Shown piece after piece: positions 12,130 to 22,302 of a stretch of DNA of 48,810 nucleotides. The stretch covers positions 1 through 48,810 of the forward strand of contig NGBS01000345.1 in assembly GCA_002245135.1 (NCBI GenBank), given 5' to 3'. The notes beneath the pieces are model-generated. The model did no database searches. It was not told the DNA's origin and saw only the letters and a list, made by a program, of their open reading frames with translations. The translations under genes and the position numbers were made by a program. Source of the DNA: Proteromonas lacertae. Taxonomy: Eukaryota. Positions within the stretch are counted from its first letter, which is position 1; each line of letters opens with the position of its first letter.

Positions 12130-12791
12130 ATGAGTGAAGAAGGAAGAAATATCAACCCTACTCACTATTCTAAATTAGAAGTATATGTACAATTTTTATA
12201 TTATATAGATACCAGAAGTTGATTATTCTGATATTAACCAATTAACTCTAAAATCAGAGATAACTAAAGTGGAAGTATTTGGTATAGTTATTGTTAACAA
12301 TATTAAATAGAATTTTTAAGAAATATACGAGATCCTGAACATCCAGTTTCATTGGAAGAGCTTGGTGTAATAAAATTGGATTTAATAGATGTAAGTAACG
12401 ATAATAAAACAGTTGATGTAAAATTTACGCCTACAATCTCAAACTGTTCGTATAATACATATAATTATGAACTTGTAGTCTAGCTGGTATTATTGGTTTA
12501 TGTATATGTGTAAAGTTGCAAAGATCATTGCCTATAGAATATAAATTCAATGTTGAAATAACACATGGAACACATGATCAAGAAGATATATGTATTTAGT
12601 TATTTTAATGTTGTATATTAGTTACAAAGCAATTGAACGATAAAGAAAGAGTAGCTGCTGCAGTTGAGAATGTAGGTTTATGTATAGTTATATTTTTGTT
12701 ATATAATTTAGGTGATCAAATAAACAGATGTTTACAACCATCAGATCCTGTGAATATGGGTCAAATAAATAAATTGATAATGTCGTTGTAA
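12130..12791 (+). CDS. CIA2: Cytosolic Fe-S assembly component CIA2/MIP18 (FAM96 family), 5 short introns
   Basis: Manual splicing of 28-30-nt GT-AG introns gives IRDPEHPVSLEELGV...FTPTISNCSLAGIIGL...KQLNDKERVAAAVEN. Confidence 0.92.
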
Positions 12792-12897
12792 TAATATTTG
12801 TGTTTTAAATGTTGTTTTTTAGTATAGGCTTGGATTATGTTTGAAAAAGTCATTTTCAAATTTTAAATTTCTTTTGTTATAAGTTATTCTGTTTAAC

Positions 12898-13835
12898 ATG
12901 AATCAATCGTTTACATCTCGTGTGATATGCTTTGCGTCTAAAGATCATCTTTATTTAACTGATATGAAACCTATATATAATTGTTTTCAACCGAAGGTAC
13001 TTGGATTATTTTTGTTGAAAGATTCTGTTCTTGCACTTAATGATGTATTAGCTGATTTAGAAAGCGAAGAAGAAGATGAGTATAGGAAATAAATCTATTA
13101 ATATCCTAGAAAAAAGTCCAAGCAAATAACCAAGAGATTAATTAACAATATAACAATTGATATAGCAGGTACATTCCTCTTGAGATGTGTTGAAAGACTC
13201 GTTGGTTTATTTGTAACACCTAGAATGTTAGACAAACTTACAAAGAATGTCAGATACTCTGCAATTAGAAAGGTTCAAAAATTTGGAATTAAAGAAGGTT
13301 CAATAAGAATAATTAAAACAGATATTGTAGCATCCTTTTTATATCACTGTGTTGAATTCTTTATTGGAAGAGTATAGAATATATTATTTATATGTAGTGC
13401 AAAAATTTATATACATTGATAAGATTCCGTAAGAATATGCCAATATCCTTTTTATTCCTATAATGCATAGTAAAAGTGATAATGGTTTGTCTTTAATTGA
13501 TATCTTTTAAGAATTAATGAATGAAGATGATTATTGGGAGCATCCAGATACAGAGGCAATATCTACAAGTAGAGCGAAGGAAGAATGGAGAGAATTAAAA
13601 AGAGATTTTTGGAGAAGAGTATATATATTATATTATATTATAATTCAATAATTAGACTCATTATGAATTTGTGGTTGAATGTATCTCCTTAGGAATGGGA
13701 GGAATTGGTGCTTGTCTTGGTACATTAATATACCCAGGATTAGGAACAGTAACTGGTGAGATTATAACAAGCACAGTAATGTGTAATTTATGCAGTATGG
13801 AATCTAATCCAGTGGTATTGGAAGATAGTAAATAA
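12898..13835 (+). CDS. Hypothetical protein, multi-exon, with a C-terminal Gly-rich hydrophobic segment
   Basis: ORFs 12898 and 13180 join through a short intron. The last exon reads ...LGMGGIGACLGTLIYPGLGTVTG...EDSK*. Confidence 0.65.
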
Positions 13836-13933
13836 TTAAGTAATTTCTATTATTATTTCTCTATTTTTGGTAATTTAGGTTTTAATTAAGAAAAATAAAT
13901 TGTTACATATGTATATATATATTTAATGTAATT

Positions 13934-14835
13934 TTATCGTCTTCTAGTACTAACAGCTGGCTTTTTACTTGTCACTCTTCCTGCTGCAGCATATGCTCCT
14001 ACTCCAGCATTTCGATGAGTTGTTTTTGGCTAATATGTTATATATATATAACATCATATATACCTTTGCAATGATATCTTTACACTTTGGTATATGTCTT
14101 TCAGCAACTTGAGCTTCAAATTTTCTTCCACAATAATTACATTTAATTAAAAAAACATATATATATATATTAAAAAGGATATGGACAAGGAACTCTATCA
14201 TCAATATCAGGTGGAGCTTCATATTTACTAGCATCATATCCACCACCACTATTATTACCATTACTATTTCCACCTTTCGTACTTCTCATTGCAGCTCTAA
14301 ACTGTTCACTTTGTATTTTCCATTTAGGCATTGTTGGCTTCTTCTTTTTAACTTCTTTCTTCTTTAATGCTGCTTTTACAATCTGTGCTGCATCTTGACC
14401 ATTCATTTCAACTACTGCTTTCACTCTCAAATTAGTTGAATTGAAAGTTTTTCTCTTTTTACTTGCTTTTTGACAGGCTTGAATATGTTTGGGTAATACA
14501 TCATCACTGAAATTTCTTCCACATATAGGGCAAGGTTGTAGTATCATATTAGCAGTTGGATCTTCTATTGGAGCGTATGAACTAATTGGTTGTGCTAAAG
14601 CTCCCATGGCATTCAAACAGTCTGGACATTGACAACCTGCTTTTCTAGTACATTCTACTCTTGGACCATTATTCCTTCGCTGTTGTGGTTGTTGCATTAT
14701 TTGTGGTTGTGGTTGTCTTCGTTGTTGTTGTTGTGGAGGCGGTTGTTGAGGTTGAGGTGCTGGTTGATATCTTTGTTGTTGTTGTTGTTGGTGTGGTTGT
14801 CTATGAGATTGTAATTGTGGTTGTTGTCTAAATTT

Positions 14836-14866
<31 letters not shown>

Positions 14867-15661
14867 TTATTATTAGAAGGTGAAGTTATAGGTGATGTGG
14901 GATATGTTGGTTCATATCCTCCATCATCTTCATTATTATAATCAGATGAATTAGATTGATACATTCTGTTATTAATACGAGGTTGTGGTCTATTAGATAT
15001 TTGTTTGGGTTTTTGGTATTGAGGATATCCGTTATCATCTTCATCTTCATAATTCACTTCTGCAGATTGTCTTTGGTAGTTACGTTGAGATTGAGTAATT
15101 CTTTGTTGTTGCGGTGGCATATTATACTGTGCAGGTGGTAAACTATTGTATTCTTCATCTCTAAATGAGGGATGTTTATTCATTTTCGATTTTAGTAAAG
15201 CTAATCCTGCTCTACTTGCTGATCCACCCCTTTCTTTATTAGATCTAGCACCAAATCGAATGTGATCTGTTTCTTCCATTAAATCTGGTCTTTGTGGAGC
15301 TGATGGCACTGGAGAGGCATAAAGAGAACTCATTGCAGCTTTACACTATTATTAGTAAAAATAACCGTTTCATACATTTGGACATTGACAATTGGAATTT
15401 CTAGTACATTTTATATTTTTACCTGAGCTTTTTCTAGAAGATTGTCTCAGGATTTCATTTTCTATAATATCTGGTCCAGGTGGTGGAACTTCATAACCTT
15501 GTAATGATTTTTGTCTCTGTGGAATTGATCCAGATCCTTGTCTCGAAAAATGATCTAAAGAGTCTTCAAAACCATTACTATATTAAAGATAAAACAATGA
15601 TATATTTATACGAATTGCCTGGATTTCCATTAGTTCTGTATATTCCTCTATATTGAGCCAT
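13934..15661 (-). CDS. C2HC zinc-finger protein (zf-C2HC_2 / ZC2HC1-like), multi-exon
   Basis: Fingers CPICGRNFSDDVLPKHIQAC and CPYCGRKFEAQVAERHIPKC, KWKIQSEQFRAAMR, two CTRxxxCQCPxC motifs and Q/N-rich linkers. ATG at 15661. Confidence 0.85.
14137..14182 (-). other. Candidate U12-type (minor spliceosome) intron with AT-AA termini, 46 nt
   Basis: 5' ATATCCTTTT, branch-like TTTTTAAT ~10 nt from the 3' end, ends GTAA. Removal restores CC|T TAT TGT = P-Y-C of the second finger. Confidence 0.75.
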
Positions 15662-15730
15662 TTAAAAAAATAAAACTGAAAAGTCAAATGCGGTTCTATC
15701 TGATCTTGATCACTTTTTGAATTTCAAAAA

Positions 15731-18455
15731 ATGGAAGAAAAAGAGAGTGTATAGTATATATAACTAATTCTAATAGAACATATTCATTACTGAAGTAAAT
15801 GAAGAAGTATGACTGTATCTCTAGTATTGTTTAGATAATTGAGACTTTAAGAGATGATAAGGATGTAAAGACATACCTGATACAGCAATCAGAGCATTCT
15901 CAGGTAGTTATCAAAACAATTTTTATGCATGATGAAGAAGTGGCAAAGATAAATCTACTAGTATAGCTTTCCATTAATATTTATATTAATATAGATTAGT
16001 GACCTTAATTCAATAACTGGAAATAACATCATTCCCTCAATGGTAAGTTATTCATCAGAAAAACACTTAATTACCTTAAGTCATACATATCAAGAGGAAT
16101 ATACACCATTAGATATGTTAATACTTGATGCACCAGAGGTAATGGAAAACTACAATAGAATATTAATAGACATAGGTGAAGGCTTACTTCAATTATTAGA
16201 TCAGAATTATTACCATCACAATCTCAAGCCAAGCAATATATTCGTTATACCAACATCACAGTACCACACATTTGTAGCAGATTATTTACACAATTCATTA
16301 TTCAAAAATCCTCAATTCTCATTCTTTATTAGTCCAGAGCAATTAGTGAGTTCTAGTCATGATAAATCTGATATTTGGAGTTATGGATGTATAATATATT
16401 ATTTATACACCAGTGGAGATATTTTATTTTCCATTACACACATTAATTTTGACACTGAAAAAAATACAGCTGAAAATCCTCGTGATTTACTATACGCTAT
16501 GAGATGTTTTGATTATGAAGAAGATATTGATGATATGTTTTATGAGAATGAAGAAGAAGAGGAAATAGGTAGATTATTAAAACAGATGTTAAACCCTGAT
16601 GCAGATAGTCGAATGGATTTGAATAGTGTAGTAAATACAATAAAAAGTATATATCTATACATATCTATATATATATATATTATTATAGATCTTGAAGCGA
16701 AGAAAAGGCATAATAGCAATAACAATAATAGTTATGAAATATTACCAACCTATACACATGAAGAACAGGAATTATTATTATCAATACAGAATGAAAGTAT
16801 TTATATAATAATAATATTGTTAATATATAAATATATAGAAATAACTATTGAAGATTTACTTCATATCTTAGAGATAAATAACAATAATAACATAATGAAT
16901 AACCCTCTTTTTATATCTGCCTGTCAAAGTCAATATGTAATTAACTTATTGATTAAATCTTATAATCATGAAGGATATAACTCTGAAGTGTTTAAATTTA
17001 TAGTTTTTATGGTATTTAGAATACCAAACCTAAAAGAATTGATGTTAAAATCATTACAACTGAAAAATGATCCAAATTTAATTCATCGAATAATCATAGA
17101 AGGAATAAAAGATAATTATAGCTTGTGCTTGAATAATCTCAATTTAGATGATAGTTTGATGAAGTTATTGAGTGAAGAATTAACAGAATATAAATTCCTG
17201 AAGAAATTAGACTTAAATGGTATATAATATAATATAATATAATATAATAATATAGATAATGAGATAAGTGATATAGGTATAAACTATATAAGTGAAACTT
17301 TGTACGAACTTAAGGAGTTGAAAGAGTTGAATATATCCAACAATCGCATCACTAAATATGGAATTAAATATATTGTAGATCATTTATCAGATAATCATCA
17401 TAATGAATTGAAATCATTAATATGTGAAAGTATTATTATTATTATTAATAATAAATAGACAATATGATTGATGAAGAAGGTGCAGCAATATTGAGTAATG
17501 GTTTTAAGTACTTTCCAAATTTAGAATTGTTGAATTTATCCAGTATTATTTATATTATTGTTTTATGTTTATAATAGATTGTAATATATCAGATATGGGT
17601 TGTAAAAGTCTTTCAGATAATTTCCCATCAATATCTCAACTGAAAATATTATGTTTAAATGATAATAATATTACAGACATTGGAATTAGAGATTTAACTA
17701 ATTCATTCAAGTCAATAGTGCATTTGAAGAAGTTATTTATTAATAGTATATTTATATATTATAATTATTATGTTTTATCTATCTATCTATATATATATGT
17801 AGATAATATGATAGGAAACAAAGGAATGATTCATTTAAGTAAGAATATGAAACATATAAGTGAATTGATAGTATTAGAACTATCTAACAACAATATTGAT
17901 GATGAAGGAATTGAGATATTTGCTCCTGATTTGACTTGGACAATTAAACTGGAAATATTGAACTTATCAAGTATGTTATATATATATATATATATTATTA
18001 TTATTATTAGATAATAAGATTACATCTGTTGGTATAAAGGAATTATGTAAATTATTATATGTAATACCTCATTTGAGAGAATTATATTTGAATTATAATG
18101 TTTTACAGAATGATGGTGTAAATGTATTATGTGAGTATATGAGTATATGTTGTGATTTACAGATATTAGAAATTCAAAGTATATATATATATATAATATT
18201 ATAGAGAATTACATAAGTGATAGTTGTATGAAAATGTTATGTAATTGTTTAAGCAGTCTTCCTTATATAAGATGTTTGAATATGTGTGAGAATGATATAA
18301 CCCCAATCGGTTTTAACTTAATGATTGAGAATTACAGAAATTTAATAAATCAATTAGAAATATTGAATATTAAGAATAACAGAATTAATAAAAATGAGGA
18401 GAATATTAGAAAAAGACTAATTGAAATTAACCCTGAGTTAATATTAAGAATATAG
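15731..18455 (+). CDS. Pseudokinase plus ribonuclease-inhibitor-like LRR protein, many short introns
   Basis: Kinase fold with HHNLKPSN (no HRD), DYL (no DFG), SPE and KSDIWSYG. LRR exons such as LKILCLNDNNITDIG and LELSNNNIDDEG follow. Confidence 0.8.
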
Positions 18456-18510
18456 TTATTATATATTTTTGACTTTTTTACAAACTGTATAGTATTATAT
18501 TTCATAATTT

Positions 18511-19330
18511 TCAAATGAAAATCTTTTTCATACACCTTTTAATTGAATTACTATTCACAAGCATACTTTCAATCATCTCAAAATCAAATCTATATTTATC
18601 ATTATTATCAATCATTTTCTTTATTATACTCTGTAAATAGTTTAACTTATTTAAATTATCTATTTCAAATATTCCTTTATAATTATTTTTAACTAGTTTT
18701 TCTCTAGGTATTTTATTATCAAATAATTCTTTTCCAGTGTATATTTCATAGAATATACAGCCCAAGGCAAATATATCACTTGAATAAGAATAGGGAGGAG
18801 GATTCTTATTCCATAATTCTGGAGATAAATAATTATCATTCTTTTCTACTATTTCTGATAGTTTTAGCTTTAGTTTTTTACCATCATCTATTACTAATAT
18901 ATTCTCAGAGTCTAAATATTTGTAAACACCATACTTATTATAATCTTTCAACTCACTCATCAAATTACTCATATAATCAACTATCTCCTAATTGATAAAT
19001 AATTCTTTTCCTGTTGTTTCTTGTTTATCATTTCCTTTAAAGTAACCATTTCTGGAAGATTAATTTCATTAAAGTCTACTATGTTTTGTTCGTTTAACTT
19101 TCTTTCCATCTTATCATCAATAGTCGTTTTATTAGCATCATTTTCATTATTATGTGTAAATTTCTTTACACTTTTATTTATTTTTCTTAATGCATGAAAC
19201 TCGGCTGTATTATAACCTATATCATAAAAATATTTATATAGCTGATACATGATATATCATGTACTTTTTCATTAACATAATTGTATGAAATTTCATTAAT
19301 TAAAGGTAATTCTCTTTCATCTTCCGTCAT
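18511..19330 (-). CDS. Kinase-like protein (degenerate; apparent frameshift near 18985)
   Basis: YLSPELW..YSYSSDIFALGCIFYE, with ATG at 19330 (MTEDERELP). The catalytic loop is degenerate. Confidence 0.55.
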
Positions 19331-19423
19331 TTCCAAAACACAATGCAAAGAGAAAAAATAAAATATATAGGTAATAATTTCAAGGTAAATTACTTGTTGC
19401 ACAAATACATTTAAATATCTTAC

Positions 19424-19429
19424 AGAACC
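19424..19429 (+). repeat. 6-bp target-site duplication AGAACC (left)
   Basis: Identical AGAACC at 40375..40380. Both copies abut the palindrome ends. Confidence 0.9.
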
Positions 19430-19799
19430 ATAATAATGTATAAATAAGGGAAATAGAACGTGAATCAAACTATTATATACGAAAATTTTCCATGACCGTC
19501 AATTACCAAAAGCGTTCTATTTTATTATACGAAACGGCTATTTTACCATGTAACGGCCAAATTTTTTTGGGAATTCCTGACATTTTTAGTTCCATTTCCC
19601 TATGCCATTTTTTTTCCTTTGACCATTTTTGGGACGAACTGACACGTAAAAAATGGTCAATTACAAAAAGCGTTCTATTTTTTTGACCTCGTAATTACCT
19701 CAAAATGACCACACCGATCGATGCAGCTCGTCATGCTGCATCCATCTAAATACATATTTTTTGTTTTATGAACTAAGTGTATATCGCATATTGTCATTA

Positions 19800-20201
19800 A
19801 TTTCAAAATTCGAAATAAACTCTATCAATTGATGCACCATCGATCGGTGATGCGATTGACATATATTATATACATATATGCTATAGTACACAATTCATGA
19901 GAATATTGTGAAACGAATATTTTTTTATATATATTGGAACATATTGACAAATGCTCAATAAGGCATAATAAGCACATGTATCAATTCTTTTCATGATGGA
20001 GCATCGATCTATGCAATAAAAAGAAATTTGAAAATTTTTATGAAATCCATCTATCATTTTACGAAATATTTTGAAAATCGAAATTAACCATCTCAGTCGA
20101 TGTACCATCGATCGGTTATTCCATTGACATATCATATTCACATATATGCTATGTCACTCAAAATATGAAAATATTATGAAACAGATATTTTTTCATAATT
20201 A
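19800..20201 (+). repeat. ~270-bp repeat cluster 1 (~1.5 units; mirror 39603..40004)
   Basis: GAAACG(G/A)ATATTTTT-like boundaries at 19910 and 20178. Nearly identical to 26055..26323 and rich in ATCGAT/CGATCG palindromes. Confidence 0.85.
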
Positions 20202-20469
20202 TTCAATTGATTATTTCGTTTATTTATTCCTTATGGTTCGAACTAAGTACACAAATCGCTAACCAACATATTGCTGATTTTATCTTATCCCTATAGTGTT
20301 TATTTAACCAAAACATTTATATTCAAACCTAAATTCAAACCTTTATCATTTTAATTTTTTTCTTATGATTGATAAACACTTCAAATATTTTTTATTTACG
20401 AATATCTTTAACACCCAACAAATACATAATTCAATAATCAGATTACTTTTAATTATTCACTCTAATGTT

Positions 20470-21125
20470 TTAATGTTGCTTCTTTATTTTACCTACCGAC
20501 TTGATATTATCTATTTCCAGCTTACTATATAACTCTATTTTGGGTGGAGTAATACTTGATGGGAAATTGTAATAAATATTGATGGCTTGTCCAATAGCTT
20601 CATCGTATTTGAATATTTCATCCACCATAAAGCTATGCAACATACATCTCACCTCTTCAGTAGCTGGTCCATACATTTTCAGAACATCATGCCATTTGCA
20701 CCCATTAAACCTAATCCACTCCATTTGAAGCTGAAACTTGAGTCTTCTGGTATACAATAGCATCTCATTGCTAAAGCTGAGGTTCCATTTGCTTGGGTGT
20801 ATATGTCATCCAGCTTTATCACAGTTTCATCTAAATAGCTTTGAAACAAATCCTGTTGCACATTGGCCATTGCTTTGTACATTCCTTTGGACCCTTTACT
20901 CACAAATGGTTTTACGATAGACCTAATGTCTCTAACTTTCTTAATTAAACCTGGCACTCCATCCACCAACATCTGAAAATCACGATGATAAAGTTCATCT
21001 GATGATATTAATTGATGCGACATGAAATATAGAAAATTGGAGTAAGAGAGTGTAACGACTATATTTTTTATTTTCTCAAAACTTGATTGGACACCTTCGG
21101 TACGTCTCGAAAGATGATTGGTCAT
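20470..21125 (-). CDS. Element gene of unknown function, split into overlapping 148-aa and 97-aa ORFs (probable frameshift)
   Basis: The ORFs overlap by 85 nt. A shift at ATG TTC TGA AAA TG would give ...GMMFLKMYGPATEE. The same arrangement occurs in both arms. Confidence 0.55.
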
Positions 21126-21196
21126 ATCCTATATCATTATCGACTAACCAATAAAATTGAACAAAATACAAAAATATAGTCGTTATACTATATATC

Positions 21197-22018
21197 ATGA
21201 TTTCACCCAAAACTTATGTATTGAATGATCTTTTAGTAGTTGAGACTACAAGAAAAGCATGTACTATCCTAATCATCCCTCCAGAGACAAACAAGAGGAT
21301 TTTAGATGAAAATGTGAAAATCATGTTAATGGGTCCAGAGTTTGATATAGAAGAACCACTTCTGGAGATAATGCAGCCAAAGAAGTTATGGATGGTCAGA
21401 TTTCCTCAGTGTTTCAGACCGCATGTGATAACATCCTTAGGTGAAGAGTGGGTAAAGAAGAATGTCAGTTGGCAATACTTCAGAGACGATCTCGAGTATG
21501 AAGACTTCATGTGTAAGAAGTATAAGTTAAAGAAGGAAGATCATTTCAAAATCCCAGAATTGAAAAGCGAGGTGGAAGAATATGTGTGTAATGCAATAGG
21601 TAACAGAATTGGTAATATTAAAGATGTAGTGTTTGATGGAGTAGTTGGATACAAATCTTGGAATGTCAAGAATAAGGATGGAAGTGATTTGTTTGTACTG
21701 GAGTATCCAGATGATGATAAGATAGAGGATATTTGCTGTATGCTAAAGATATTACCTGAGAGCAATGATTTCTTAATTAACAGTAATGCATTAATCACAA
21801 TTTTAGGACCACAGTATCATTTGAAAGAACCACTGTTTAAAGGTTGTTATGATCATAACATGTATGAGATTATACTCCCAAGAGCTCCTGCTATCTTAGA
21901 TACAACATTACCTTACAATTGGGTCCAAGAGCATATCAAAAGATGTTGGGAGCCAAGCAAAGGTCAATTGATCGAAGAATTAATTGCTAAAGGTATCATG
22001 GTGGATCCTTGCGCATAA
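21197..22018 (+). CDS. Element protein of unknown function with an internally duplicated ~70-80-aa domain
   Basis: 273-aa intronless ORF. CTILIIPPETNKRILDENVKIMLMGPEFDIEEPLL aligns with CCMLKILPESNDFLINSNALITILGPQYHLKEPLF. Confidence 0.8.
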   Translation: MISPKTYVLNDLLVVETTRKACTILIIPPETNKRILDENVKIMLMGPEFDIEEPLLEIMQPKKLWMVRFPQCFRPHVITSLGEEWVKKNVSWQYFRDDLEYEDFMCKKYKLKKEDHFKIPELKSEVEEYVCNAIGNRIGNIKDVVFDGVVGYKSWNVKNKDGSDLFVLEYPDDDKIEDICCMLKILPESNDFLINSNALITILGPQYHLKEPLFKGCYDHNMYEIILPRAPAILDTTLPYNWVQEHIKRCWEPSKGQLIEELIAKGIMVDPCA

Positions 22019-22187
22019 ACATGAGAGAAGTAAAAAAATATCCGTTTCAGGATCAATTGTTTTTTGTTGGGTTATATAACATAAATAAATCATCTTAAAA
22101 TAAAATATATGCATTGTCTTTATACATAACTAAAAAGAAATTGAAAATATTTTGTAACGACTAGTTTTTACTGACTTTCGATATTTC

Positions 22188-22239
22188 ATTGGCTGATGCA
22201 GATACGTGGCCCAATCATATTGCAATCGATTTCTATTGG
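22188..22239 (+). promoter_or_regulatory. Putative PolB promoter: three CCAAT/ATTGG boxes and ATACGTGG
   Basis: ATTGG 22188, ATACGTGG 22202, CCAAT 22211 and ATTGG 22235, all 65-115 nt upstream of ATG 22303. Confidence 0.35.
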
Positions 22240-22302
22240 TCATGAGACTCTAACTAGCCACTCAGATTCGACATTCAAGATTCAAGATTTTTTAAGTTCA
22301 AG

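Noticed and set aside
12130..18455. Polyadenylation-created stop codons as described in Blastocystis
   Set aside because: The genes I could model end in genomic TAA/TAG codons.
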